Of a stretch of DNA of 64,000 nt, positions 1 through 9,829 are shown piece by piece (the stretch's first letter is position 1; each line of letters opens with the position of its first letter). The stretch lies in contig CAWIZT010000009.1 of the NCBI GenBank assembly GCA_963840705.1, positions 82,321-146,320 of the forward strand, read 5' to 3'. A program made the translations under genes and the position numbers. The notes under the pieces were generated by a model. It searched no databases and was not told the DNA's origin. It saw nothing but the letters and a program-made list of their open reading frames with translations. Origin of the DNA: an uncultured Actinomycetes bacterium. Lineage in GTDB: Bacteria; Actinomycetota; Thermoleophilia; Gaiellales; Gaiellaceae.

Positions 1-668
1 GACACGAACTCGACGCGCGCGAGGTGATCGCCCGCATCGTGGACGGGTCACGCTTCCACGAGTTCAAGGAGCTCTACGGCGACACGCTCGTCTGCGGCTT
101 CGCGCGGATCGAGGGGTATCCGGTCGCGATTCTTGCCAACCAGGGTGTGCTGTTCGCGGAGTCCTCGCAGAAGGGAGCGCACTTCATCGAGCTCGCCTGC
201 AAGCGGCGGATCCCGCTCGTCTTCCTCCAGAACATCACCGGCTTCATGGTCGGGAAGGAGTACGAGGAGGGCGGTATCGCCCGCGACGGCGCGAAGCTCG
301 TGATGGCGGTGGCGTGCGCGGAGGTGCCCAAGTTCACGGTCGTCGTCGGCGGCTCCTTCGGGGCCGGAAACTACGCGATGTGCGGCCGCGCGTACGAGCC
401 TCGACAGCTCTGGATGTGGCCGAACGCGAGGATCTCGGTGATGGGCGGCGAGCAGGCGGCGACGGTGCTCTCGATGGTCGGCGACAGCGATCCGGAAGAG
501 ATCCGCGCGACGTACGAGGCGGAAGGGAACCCCTACTACTCGACCGCCCGATTGTGGGACGATGGGATCATCGACCCACTCGACACGCGTCGGGTACTCG
601 CGCTCGGGCTTGCGGCCGCTGCGAACGCACCGGTGCCGGAGACGACCTTCGGCATCTTCCGCATGTAG
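1..668 (+). CDS. Acyl-CoA carboxylase carboxyltransferase (beta) subunit, methylcrotonyl-CoA carboxylase-like, C-terminal part; 5' end is outside the window
   Basis: The frame of ORF 24..668 stays open to position 1. The translation ([21 protein letters not shown]...[15 protein letters not shown]) is the conserved carboxyltransferase C-domain. A hydratase, a biotin carboxylase and an acyl-CoA dehydrogenase lie nearby. Confidence 0.85.
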   Translation, partial: HELDAREVIARIVDGSRFHEFKELYGDTLVCGFARIEGYPVAILANQGVLFAESSQKGAHFIELACKRRIPLVFLQNITGFMVGKEYEEGGIARDGAKLVMAVACAEVPKFTVVVGGSFGAGNYAMCGRAYEPRQLWMWPNARISVMGGEQAATVLSMVGDSDPEEIRATYEAEGNPYYSTARLWDDGIIDPLDTRRVLALGLAAAANAPVPETTFGIFRM

Positions 669-692
669 TCAGCCAACCCAAGGAGGGATCTC

Positions 693-1352
693 GTGAATCG
701 ATTGACACGCCGGCTGTCGCCCGCGATGGTCGTGGCTTGCCTTGCTCTGCTCGTCGCGCTCGGAGGAACGAGCGTCGCCGCCGTCTCGCAGCTCGTCCCG
801 CGAAACAGCGTCGGGACGGCCCAGCTGAGGAACAATGCGGTCGCGACTCCGAAGATACGGAACAACGCAATTACGAGCCCGAAGGTGCGGAACCGCTCGC
901 TCCTCGCAGTCGACTTCGCCGTGGGACAGATTCCGGCTGGGCCGGCGGGACCGGCCGGACCTGCCGGTGCGGCCGGCGCCGCTGGACCTGCAGGCCCGTT
1001 CCCGGATGCTCTGCCCTCCGGCAGGACGATCCGTGGCGCCTACAACATGGGTGGTACGGCCGCCGGAGCAGGCGGCCTTGCCAACACCAGCGTCTCGTTC
1101 GTCTACGCGCTTGCAGCAGCACCGGGAATCTTCTTCGTCCGTCAGGGGACGGCGGCACCCACCCAGTGCCCTGGCAACGCGACCTTCCCGCAGGCGACCG
1201 CGGGCAATCTGTGCGTGTACGAGACCGAACGACTCAATACGGCTGGTGGTCTCGTGAACGAGGTCAACCGCTCCGGAGCCACCATCTTCATCAACGCCAC
1301 CGCGGCCGGGGGCTTCTATAGCTTCGGAACCTGGGCGGTGACCGGAGCTTAA
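693..1352 (+). CDS. Secreted hypothetical protein with a collagen-like Gly-X-Y tract
   Basis: GTG start 5 nt after AAGGAGGG. Hydrophobic N-terminus (VVACLALLVALGG), three RNNAxxPK-like repeats, the tract PAGPAGPAGPAGAAGAAGPAGP, and a C-terminal domain with 2 Cys. Confidence 0.7.
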   Translation: MNRLTRRLSPAMVVACLALLVALGGTSVAAVSQLVPRNSVGTAQLRNNAVATPKIRNNAITSPKVRNRSLLAVDFAVGQIPAGPAGPAGPAGAAGAAGPAGPFPDALPSGRTIRGAYNMGGTAAGAGGLANTSVSFVYALAAAPGIFFVRQGTAAPTQCPGNATFPQATAGNLCVYETERLNTAGGLVNEVNRSGATIFINATAAGGFYSFGTWAVTGA

Positions 1353-1372
1353 AGAGCCTCTAGTCCGGGCCT

Positions 1373-1606
1373 GTGCTCGCTCGACTCCTCATCTGGAGCC
1401 TCTACGACTCGAAGACGACGATCGAGGAGCTTCGCGACGCGCTCGCCGAGCTCGAGCCACCGAGCGCATGGCTCTGGAACGAGGCGGGCGAGCGGTTCGG
1501 CGTCGTGGCGTTCGGCGACGAGCTGCCGGAGGAGGTGGCCCACGCACGCGGGCTGATCGGAAGGGAGCCCGAGGTCGCGGACGAGTTCGACGTGCTCGAC
1601 CGCTGA
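1373..1606 (+). CDS. Small acidic hypothetical protein (77 aa)
   Basis: Open frame with G/C-rich third codon positions. No motif recognised. Confidence 0.4.
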   Translation: MLARLLIWSLYDSKTTIEELRDALAELEPPSAWLWNEAGERFGVVAFGDELPEEVAHARGLIGREPEVADEFDVLDR

Positions 1607-1624
1607 GAAACCGTCAGAACGGGG

Positions 1625-2506
1625 TCAGGTTCGAGCCTCGCCCAGCCGCGCTGAGGTCAGGGCCTCGTGCCAAGCGTCGAGCTCGTCGCGCTCCTCGTTG
1701 TGAGCCCGCGGAGCGGCGCCCGCACGTCCTCTCCAACCGGAACGCCCTGACGGCCGAGCAGGCGCTTGAGCGCGGCCTGGCGCGGAAAGCGCTCGACGAA
1801 CGCGCGGAGCTCGGCAAGATGCGCCGCTCCCTCTGAGCTCGGAGTCGCGAACGACCGCGACAACGTCGCGCGGAAACGCGGACGCGAGCGCGGAGACGGC
1901 GCCGACGGCTCCGGCCGCCAGGCCGTCATGGATCAGCGCCTCCGGCCCCACGAAGATGTCGAGATCGGGAAGCAGGTAGCGCGAGAAGCGCTCGAACGGG
2001 GTGTCCGACACCTTCAGCCCGGCGAGATTCGGCGCGTCGTCGCGAAGCCGCTCGAGGACGGCCGGGACACGGCGTACCCGCTCGTCGACTCGAACTCGTA
2101 GACGTAGAACGGAAGCGGCGCGCACGCCATTGCCGCTGCGAGGAAGTGCGCGTACTGGGCTCGCTCGTCGAGGGGAAAGTACGGCGGGCCGATGACGACG
2201 ACCGCGTCCGCGCCGACCTCGGCGGCGTGCGCGGCGAGAGCGACCGTCTCGGCGGTCGTCTGCGCACCGCACTGGACGGCGACCTGCAGGCGGTGGTCCG
2301 CGGCCTGCAGGAAGAGATCGGCGACGAGGCGCCGCTCGCGCTCCTCGAGGAGGATTCCCTCACCCGCGGTGCCGAGCGCCAGGATGCCGTCGAGCCCGGC
2401 CTCGACGAAGAAGTCGACGAGCGGCCCGAACGCCTCGTCGTCCAGCTCGCTACCCGGAAGCTCGGAGCGGCGTGATCGACGCGGCAAGTGCTCCCTGCAA
2501 GGCCAT
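1625..2506 (-). pseudogene. Dihydrodipicolinate synthase/N-acetylneuraminate lyase (DapA) family gene, multiply frameshifted
   Basis: DapA-like segments sit in three frames: MALQGALAASITPL (ATG 2506), then LDDEAFGPLVDFFVEAGLDGILALGTAGEG...PFYVYEF, then LAGLKVSDTPFERF...AVSALASAFP, then AAHLAELRAFVERFP, then DELDAWHEAL. At least 4 frame changes. Confidence 0.75.
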
Positions 2507-2964
2507 CAGCGGTGCGGCTCGCCGGCGCGGACGCGCTCGACCGTCGTAGCGATCCGCCGGGCACGCGTCTCCGGCCGCTTCGCGTCCTCGACCCATTCGA
2601 CGTACTCACGCCGGTGCGTGAACGACATGCCCGCGAAGGCCGCCTTCGCCTCCGGCACCTCTGCGAGCGCCGCCCGCAGGTCGGCCGGCACGGCGACCGT
2701 GCGCGGCTCCGTGTCGAGCTCCATCGTGACCTGCACGCGGTCGGGTGCGTCGACTCCCGTAGCAGCCTTGACGGTGCGGTTGACGACGACGTGCCCCACT
2801 CCGTCGTACACCCCGGGTGTCGTACGCCAGGTGTGGCCGCGGATCGTGATCCTGACCGGAGGCCGCGCGCGGCCGAACGCCTCCTTCAGATCGAAGGGCA
2901 CGCGGAACATCGTTGCGGTCTTGCCGACGCGCTCGAGCTCCACCGTGAAGCGCTTCGCGGCCAT
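2506..2964 (-). CDS. DUF1905 / YdeI(OmdA)-family protein
   Basis: 152-aa intact ORF. The C-terminal FTHRREYVEWVEDAKRPETRARRI is typical of the YdeI/OmdA domain. Its stop overlaps the downstream ATG (TGATG). Confidence 0.7.
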   Translation of the reverse strand: MAAKRFTVELERVGKTATMFRVPFDLKEAFGRARPPVRITIRGHTWRTTPGVYDGVGHVVVNRTVKAATGVDAPDRVQVTMELDTEPRTVAVPADLRAALAEVPEAKAAFAGMSFTHRREYVEWVEDAKRPETRARRIATTVERVRAGEPHR

Positions 2965-2988
2965 GCCGAAACCATATGGTTTCGACCG

Positions 2989-3734
2989 ATGGAGGCTCTT
3001 CGCGTCGAACGCGACGGCATCGTCCTGCGCGTCACGCTCGCCCGCCCGAGCGGAGGAACGCCTTCGACGCAGGGCTCATCGCAGAGCTGACCGACGCGTT
3101 CGCCGACATCGGGGACGCGCGCGCGGTCGTGCTTGCCGGCGACGGCCCCAGCTTCTGCGCCGGCGCCGACGTCGAGTGGCAGCGCTCTTCGATCGACCTC
3201 TCCTACGACGAGAACGTCGAGGACGCGATGCGACTCTTCCGGATGCTCGAGGCGATCGACACCTGCCCCGCTCCCGTCGTCTGCCTCGTTCAGGGATACG
3301 CGCTCGGCGGTGGCTCGGGGCTCGTGGCCTGCGCCGACATCGCGGTCGCTCATCCGGAGGCCGTGTTCGGCTTCACGGAGGTCCGCCTCGGGATCATCCC
3401 CGCTGTCATCTCCCCGTTCGTCCTCCCCAAGATCGGTTCTGCCGCCCGACGCTACTTCCTCACGGGGGAGCGCTTCGGCGCCGACGTCGCACTCCGGATC
3501 GGTCTCGTTCACGAGGTCGCCGAGGACACCGACGAGACGGTGTCGGGCATCGTCGACGCACTGCTCTGCAGGGGGTCCCGAGGCTGTGCGCGAGGCGAAG
3601 CGACTCGTGCGAGGGAGCGGCCCGTCAGGGATCGAGACGGTGCGGATCGCCGCCGAGCGCCGAACGAGCGACGAGGGCCAGGCGGGCCTGCGTGCGTTCC
3701 TGGAAAAGCGACCGCCGCCCTGGCGCAGCAGTAG
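2989..3734 (+). pseudogene. Enoyl-CoA hydratase/isomerase (crotonase) family, methylglutaconyl-CoA hydratase-like, frameshifted
   Basis: MEALRVERDGIVLRVTLARP (frame of 2488..3090) joins ERRNAFDAGLI...GDGPSFCAGADV...GYALGGGSGLV (frame of 2976..3734) at the C-run near 3041-3047. The tail AGGPEAVREAKRLV...GLRAFLEKRPPPW is in a third reading (frame of 3133..4812). The 3' end is uncertain. Confidence 0.75.
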
Positions 3735-3741
3735 CGGCCGC

Positions 3742-4152
3742 CTACTCTTCCCAGGAGAAGACGACCGACGGCGTGGAACGCTCGACGGGACCGTGGTACA
3801 CCGCCTCGACGTTCGTCCCGTCCGGGTCGAGGACGTAGGCGCCGTAGTAGCCGGGGTGGTAGGGCCGCTCGCCCGGGGCGCCGTTGTCACGGCCACCGGC
3901 TGCGATCGCGGCCTCGTGAAAGCGGTCGACTGTCTCGCGGTCGGGCGCCTGGAAGGCGAAGTGGAGGCCCGCGGTGACGGGGCCGTCGTCCGAGACGAAG
4001 AGCTCGTCGACGGAGAACCAGCCATCGCCCTCGCCGACGATGCCGAGCCCGAGCGGCTCGAGCGCGCCCGCATAGAAGCGCTTGCTCGCCTCGAGATCGG
4101 CGACGCGCAGGTGGACGTGGTCGAGGAGCCGACCAGCGTGAACCTCTGGCAT
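3742..4152 (-). CDS. VOC (glyoxalase/bleomycin-resistance/dioxygenase) family protein
   Basis: Intact 136-aa ORF. LDHVHLRVADLEASKRFY and YVLDPDGTNVE are typical VOC-fold motifs. Confidence 0.75.
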   Translation of the reverse strand: MPEVHAGRLLDHVHLRVADLEASKRFYAGALEPLGLGIVGEGDGWFSVDELFVSDDGPVTAGLHFAFQAPDRETVDRFHEAAIAAGGRDNGAPGERPYHPGYYGAYVLDPDGTNVEAVYHGPVERSTPSVVFSWEE

Positions 4153-4185
4153 CGGACCTCGAGCCTAAACCCTAAGCTCCGTCTC

Positions 4186-5803
4186 GTGCCGATCCAGAAG
4201 CTGCTCGTCGCCAACCGCGGGGAGATCGCCGTTCGCATCTTCCACACCTGCCACGAGCTTGGCATCGGCACAGTGGCAGTGGCAGCCCCCGACGACACCG
4301 GCTCCCTCCACGCCCGTTCGGCGGATGAGCTGGTCGAGATCTCGGGCTATCTCCATTCCGAGGAGCACATCCGTGCGGCGAAGCAGACGGGTGCCGATGC
4401 GATCCATCCGGGCTACGGGTTTCTCGCCGAGCGCGCGTCGTTCGCGGAGGCCGTCGATGCCGCGGGGCTGATCTGGGTCGGGCCTCCTGCGGAGGCGTTG
4501 CGGCTGGGCGGAGACAAGCTCACGGCCAAGCGGATCGCGCGCGAAGCCGGCGTTCCCACGCTTCCCGAGGGAACGGCCGAGGAGATCGGCTTCCCTCTTG
4601 TCGTCAAGGCCTCGGCCGGGGGCGGGGGCCGCGGGATGCGCGTGGTTCGCGATCCCGGCGCGCTGGACGACGCCCTCGCCGCCGCCGAGCGCGAGGCGGT
4701 CGCCGCGTTCGGCGACGGAACCCTCTTTTGCGAGCACTACCTCGAGCGGCCGCGACACATCGAGGTACAGCTCCTTGCGGACGCGCACGGCACCGTCGTT
4801 GCCCTCGGGTGAGCGCGACTGCTCGGTTCAGCGTCGTCATCAGAAAGTTCTCGAGGAGGCTCCGGCACCACGTCTCGACAAGGCCCTGCGGGACGCGATT
4901 CTGGAAGCCGCGGTGGCCTTCGGCCGCGCGATCGGCTACCAGAGCGCGGGCACGGTCGAGTTCGTCGTCGACGGCGACGGGTTCTTCTTCCTCGAGCTCA
5001 ACGGACGGATCCAGGTCGAGCACCCGGTAACCGAGGTCGTCACAGGAGTCGATCTCATCGCGGAGCAGCTCCGCATCGCAGCGGGAGAGCTCCTTGCAAC
5101 AGACCCTTACCAGGTGGAGGGGCACGCGGTCGAGGTGCGCCTGTACGCCGAGGATCCCCGCACGTTCCTGCCTCAGACCGGTCGCGTCGACCGGCTCTCC
5201 CTGCCAGTCGGAGTGCGGGTGGACGCCGGCGTCGAGGAGGGTGACGAGATCGGGCTCGCGTACGACCCGATGATCGCCAAGCTGATCGCGCGTGGCCGAA
5301 GCCGAGCCGAGTCGCTCGAGCTCCTCACCGCCGCGCTCGCGGAGACCGAAGTTGCAGGCGTGACGACGAACCTGCCTTTTCTGCGCTGGCTCGTCTCCCA
5401 TCCGCTCATCCGTTCCGGTGGCGCGACCACCGCCTTCCTGACCGAGCATCCTCCCCTCTCTCCGACCCCGCTCCTGGTCGCCCCAGAACCTTGGAACCGT
5501 CCGTGGAGGCTGAACCTGCCGTCTCCCCCGCCCGCCGCGCCACCGACCGTCGACTCCGCTGTTACCGCCCACGGGCCCACGCCCGGTGAGAGCGGCGTCA
5601 CCGCCCCGATGCCCGGCACGGTGATCCGCATCGAGGTCGAGCCGGGGGACGACGTTCAGCCCCGAAAGCCGCTCGTGGTGCTCGAGGCGATGAAGATGGA
5701 GATCTCGGTCTCCTCGCCGTTCGCGGGCACAGTCACCGCGGTCCACGTCGCAGCAGGAGACCGCGTCGCCGGCGGCATGCTTCTCGTGGAGCTCGAGTCG
5801 TAG
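4186..5803 (+). pseudogene. Acyl-CoA carboxylase alpha subunit (biotin carboxylase + BCCP), single frameshift
   Basis: From GTG 4186: IQKLLVANRGEIAVRI...GGGGRGMRVV...HIEVQLLADAHGTVVALG, then TGA at 4810. The sequence ERDCSVQRRHQKVLEEAP...EAMKMEI (biotin attachment motif) continues in the frame of 4598..5803. The shift is at G-run 4807-4809. Confidence 0.85.
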
Positions 5804-5821
5804 CTCCGGTGGACGTCCGGT

Positions 5822-6181
5822 CTAGTCCCGAACGCGGTTGAGCAGCGCTCCGACGGACACGTTCACGAGCCAGACCACGATCGTCGCGCCCACGTAGGTC
5901 CAGAACCCGTCGATCGAGAAGTCGGGTGCAACCCACTCCGCGAGCGCGAGCATCAGCACGTTGAGCGCGAAGTAGAAGAGCCCGAAGGTGAGGATCACGA
6001 GCGGCAGCGTGAGGATCGCCAGGATCGGCTTCACGATCGCGTTCCCGACCATCAGCACGAAGGCCCCGAGGAGCAGCGGCCACCAGCGCCCGATCTGGAC
6101 GCCGTCGAACAGCCAGTCGACCACGATCAGCGCGAGGACGTTGATGCCCCAGAGGACGAGCAGGCGAACGAGCAGGAACAC
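5822..6181 (-). CDS. DUF360 / phage-holin superfamily IV membrane protein
   Basis: 119 aa with about 4 hydrophobic helices. NAIVKPILAILTLPLVILTFGLFYFALNVLML matches the family pattern. Confidence 0.7.
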   Translation of the reverse strand: MFLLVRLLVLWGINVLALIVVDWLFDGVQIGRWWPLLLGAFVLMVGNAIVKPILAILTLPLVILTFGLFYFALNVLMLALAEWVAPDFSIDGFWTYVGATIVVWLVNVSVGALLNRVRD

Positions 6182-6276
6182 GATGCGAGCCTAACGTGCC
6201 GGGTCGCGAGGTGTTGCAGGAAACCGAGGCTCGGAGCGACAGATGCGGTCGCCAAGCGACCGCCTTCAGGGATTTC

Positions 6277-6316
6277 GCGCGATCGGGATCCGCGCTAGCG
6301 GATTCCGATCTTGCGC
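6277..6316 (-). repeat. Diverged copy of the hairpin core found in the 121-bp repeats at 11968-12234
   Basis: The reverse complement GCGCAAGATCGGAATCCGCTAGCGCGGATCCCGATCGCGC aligns with GCGCAAGATCGAAATCCGCTAGCGCAGATTTCGATCGCGC. Confidence 0.7.
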
Positions 6317-6330
6317 CCAGCTAGCAATGC

Positions 6331-6636
6331 CTAGAAGATCTTCTGGAGCTTCATCGCCGCCCCCATGTCGCCCTTGATCTTGAGCTTTCCGGTCATGTAC
6401 GCGGTGGTCGGGTTCTGCTCGCCCGAGACGATCTTCTCGAAGTTCTCCTCGCTCGCGGAGAACGTGGCGTCCGCGTCATCGCCACCCTCGGTGACCTCGA
6501 TCGCGCCGTCCACGACCGACACCTTCCACGTTCCCGCGCCCTCGACCTCGAAGAGATAGGTGTTGTTCATCCCCGCGATCCGCTCGGGATCGACGCGGCC
6601 GGGCAATCCTTCGAAGAACTCCTGCACGCTCCCCAT
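6331..6636 (-). CDS. SCP2 sterol-binding domain protein
   Basis: 101 aa. The C-terminal MTGKLKIKGDMGAAMKLQKIF is the SCP2 signature. Confidence 0.8.
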   Translation of the reverse strand: MGSVQEFFEGLPGRVDPERIAGMNNTYLFEVEGAGTWKVSVVDGAIEVTEGGDDADATFSASEENFEKIVSGEQNPTTAYMTGKLKIKGDMGAAMKLQKIF

Positions 6637-6716
6637 CGTCTCGACTCGCCTCCTGCTGGTGGACGGCCTGAGCCTAGATGATCGTTACGGGATTCGCGGA
6701 TACGATCCGCGCGCTC

Positions 6717-7850
6717 ATGGACTTCGATCTCACGCCCGAGCAGGAGCTGATCCGCGACACCGTGCGCACGTTCGCGCGGGAGCGCGTCCAACCCGTCGCC
6801 GCCGACCTCGACCTCGAGTCTCGCTTCCCGTACGAGCTCGTGTCGGAGCTCGCGGAGCTCGGACTCATGGGGCTTCCCGTCCCGGAGCAGTACGGAGGCG
6901 CTGGCGGCGACACGGTCTCCTATGCGATCGCGATCGAGGAGCTGACCCGCGTCGATTCCTCCGTTGCGATCACCGTCGCCGCTCACACCTCGCTCGGCAC
7001 GATGCCGATCCTCCTCTACGGAAGCGATGAGCAAAAGCAGCGCTGGTTGCCGGAACTCGCGTCGGGCAGGAAGCTCGCCGCGTTCGGGCTGACCGAGCCG
7101 GGAGCAGGCTCGGATGCGGGAAACACGCGCACGACCGCCGAGCTCCGTGACGGCTCATGGGTGGTCAACGGGTCGAAGCTCTTCATCACGAACGCGGGGA
7201 CGGACATCACCTGGGGCGTCACGATCACCGCGCGGACCGGCGAGGACGAGATCTCGAACATCGTCGTCGAGAACGGGACGGCGGGGTACACGATCTCCGC
7301 GCCGATGAAGAAGCTCGGGTGGCGGGCGTCCGACACCCGCGAGCTCTCCTTCGAGGACTGCGCGGTACCGGAGGCGAACCTCCTCGGAGAGCGAGGCGCC
7401 GGCTTCAAGCAGTTCCTCGAGATCCTGGACGGAGGCCGGATCTCGGTCGCGGCCATGGGCGTGGGACTCGCCCAGGGCGCATACGACCTCGCCTACGCGT
7501 ATGCGAAGGAACGCGAGCAGTTCGGCAAGCCGATCTCCCGGTTCCAGGCGATCCAGTTCAAGTTCGCGGACATGGCCACGGAGATCGAAGCCGGGCGAGC
7601 GCTCGTTCTGAAGGCCGCCTGGGTCAAGGATCAAGGACGTGAGTTCGCGCGCGAGGCGGCGATGGCGAAGCTCTACACCGGGGAGCTGTCGAACCGGGTG
7701 GTCGACGCGGCGCTGCAGATCCACGGCGGCTTCGGGTACATGGAGGAAGCCGCCATCTCGCGCCTCTACCGCGACCAGAAGATCCTCGAGATCGGGGAAG
7801 GCACGAACGAGGTTCAGCGCATGGTGATCGCGCGCCTGCTCGGCTTGTAG
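6717..7850 (+). CDS. Acyl-CoA dehydrogenase (short/branched-chain type)
   Basis: MDFDLTPEQELIRDTVRTFA...GLTEPGAGSD...ILEIGEGTNEVQRMVIAR. ATG 6717 is preferred over the in-frame ATG 6678. Confidence 0.9.
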   Translation: MDFDLTPEQELIRDTVRTFARERVQPVAADLDLESRFPYELVSELAELGLMGLPVPEQYGGAGGDTVSYAIAIEELTRVDSSVAITVAAHTSLGTMPILLYGSDEQKQRWLPELASGRKLAAFGLTEPGAGSDAGNTRTTAELRDGSWVVNGSKLFITNAGTDITWGVTITARTGEDEISNIVVENGTAGYTISAPMKKLGWRASDTRELSFEDCAVPEANLLGERGAGFKQFLEILDGGRISVAAMGVGLAQGAYDLAYAYAKEREQFGKPISRFQAIQFKFADMATEIEAGRALVLKAAWVKDQGREFAREAAMAKLYTGELSNRVVDAALQIHGGFGYMEEAAISRLYRDQKILEIGEGTNEVQRMVIARLLGL

Positions 7851-7883
7851 GAACCCTCGCCACGGGACGGGCATCATGGAGCC

Positions 7884-8414
7884 GTGCGGGTCGCGCTTGC
7901 CATCAGCGGTTGCCTCGTGAGCGTGCTCATAGCGGCGGATTCAGCGTCCGCCCACATCGGCGTGACGCCTGGTCTCCTCGTCGCGGGCGACACGCAGACG
8001 TTGATCCTCACCGTCCACAACGACCTCGAGCGACCCATGACCGGTTTGAGGCTGACAGCCCCGCGCGGCACTCGAATCGTCGCCGGAGCAGGCGACGCGT
8101 GGGAAGCCGTCATCGAGAACGACACTGCGACTTGGACCGGCGGGCCGCTCCCGGCCAACACCGGCACGACGTTCGAGCTCGAGGTAGCCGTCGACGGAGA
8201 GGTGCCGGTCGGGCCATTGCGACTCGAGGCCGAGCAGCTCTACCCAGGCGGTAGAAGCCGGCCCTGGCCGATTCCGATGACGGTCGTCCCGGCTCGTGAC
8301 GAGTCCTCGCAGCCGCTCACCTGGGGCATCCTGGGAGGGCTTGCTGTCCTGGTGACAGCCGGACTCGCCTTTGCGGCACAGCGCCGCCGTGGCGGCACAC
8401 TTCAAGAGAAATAG
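7884..8414 (+). CDS. YcnI/DUF1775-like secreted protein with C-terminal membrane anchor
   Basis: Signal peptide ending ASAH followed by IGVTPG (His at the predicted mature N-terminus), a beta-rich domain, and the C-terminal TM segment GILGGLAVLVTAGLAFA. Confidence 0.55.
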   Translation: MRVALAISGCLVSVLIAADSASAHIGVTPGLLVAGDTQTLILTVHNDLERPMTGLRLTAPRGTRIVAGAGDAWEAVIENDTATWTGGPLPANTGTTFELEVAVDGEVPVGPLRLEAEQLYPGGRSRPWPIPMTVVPARDESSQPLTWGILGGLAVLVTAGLAFAAQRRRGGTLQEK

Positions 8415-8442
8415 CGGAAACCGGTGATACCTTCGCCCCGCT

Positions 8443-9779
8443 GTGATCTTCACGCAGTTCGTCGACGACGCTCTCGGGTGTGCGTCGTACCTCGTCGCTG
8501 ACGAGAGCTCGGGTCAGGCACTCGTCGTCGACCCCGCGTTCGCGATCGAGCAGTACCTCGAAGAGGCCGACCGACACGGCGTGCGCCTCGTTCGCGTGCT
8601 CGAGACGCACACGCACGCCGATCACCTCTCGGGCCATGGACGGCTGGCGCTCGAGCACGGGCTACCGGTGAGCATCCATCCCGCCGCGGACGCCGAGTAC
8701 CCGTACGACGCGCTCGAGGACGGCACCGACATCTCGCTCGGCGAGGTCGTGCTCAGGTGCATCCATACGCCGGGGCACCGGCCCGAGCATTGCTGTTTCG
8801 CGGTCATCGACGGCTCTCGTGCATCCGAGCCGTGGGTCGTCCTCACGGGAGACTCGCTGTTCGTCGGGGATGCGGCGCGCCCAGATCTGGCGGTCGAGCC
8901 GCGGGCGGAGCAGAGGGTCTCTTCCACTCGCTGAGACGGCTCCTGGAGCTCGGCGACGGCGTCGAGGTCTATCCGGGACACGTCGCGGGCTCGCTCTGCG
9001 GCAAGGCCATGAGCTCGAAGGCGTCGACGACGATCGGCTTCGAGCGCCGCTTCAACAACGCCTTGGCGAGCGACGACATCACCGCCTTCGTGGCCGAGTC
9101 TTCGGGGATCTCGACCCCGAGGCCGCCGAACATGGAGCGGATCGTCGAGCTGAACCGCGGGCCGTTCGTCGGCGCGCAAAACGAGCCGCCCGAGCTTCCC
9201 CTACCTCCTTCTGACGCACCGATCGTCGACGTACGGCCGCTCGGGGCGTTTGCCGAAGGACATCATCCAGGCGCGGTCAGCGTGCCGGTCTCGGGGACGC
9301 TGTTCTCGACAAAGGCGGCATTCGTGCTCGACTCGGAACGCCCGCTCGTCGTGGCTGCTACCGATGAACACGAGGCCGCGCAGTCGATCCGGAGCCTCCG
9401 CTCGGTCGGCATTCTCGACCTGGCCGGTTACGTCCTTGGTAGCGGCACGCAGAAGCTCGAGCTGGTGGACATCGACGAGCTCGACGACGTCCTCGCGGCA
9501 GGCGCCGAGCTGATCGACGTGCGCGAGAAGGACGAGCGCGACTCCGGATACATCGCCGGCAGTCGCAACATTCCCTACCGGCTGCTCGCGCTCGACGCGG
9601 TCGAGCTCCCGACCGACCGTCCGCTCGTCACGATCTGCGAGTCGGGCCCGCGCGCGGCGATCGCAGCGAGCATCCTCGCCGCACGTGGCTACGACGCACG
9701 TCCCGTCGCGGACGGAGGGATCGACGCGTGGCGAGAAGCCGGCAAGCCGACGGTCGAGTTCCGACGCTGCGGTAGTTGA
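8443..9779 (+). pseudogene. MBL-fold hydrolase fused to two rhodanese domains (persulfide dioxygenase-sulfurtransferase-like), single frameshift
   Basis: THTHADH motif and TPGHRPEH in the frame of 8443..8934. GAEGLFHSLRRLLEL...VYPGH plus two rhodanese-like halves (CESGPRAAIAA) are in the frame of 8757..9779. The junction is near 8905-8915. Confidence 0.75.
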
Positions 9780-9829
9780 AATCGTTACGAGGGTCTGACC
9801 CTGGCCACGTCCGCAACGGACCTGCTGAC

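Noticed and set aside
1621-1644. GGGGTCAGGTTCGAGCCTCGCCCA, which resembles both a tRNA T-arm (GGTTCGAGCC) and the REP palindrome of the RAYT locus
   Set aside because: There is no acceptor, D or anticodon arm around it. Only about 6 of 10 stem positions can pair. It overlaps the stop of the DapA-family pseudogene. At most it is a degenerate REP relic, which I cannot support.
5822-6181. Holin-family gene as evidence for a prophage
   Set aside because: DUF360/holin-superfamily-IV proteins are common chromosomal membrane proteins. No lysin, capsid, tail or integrase genes are nearby.
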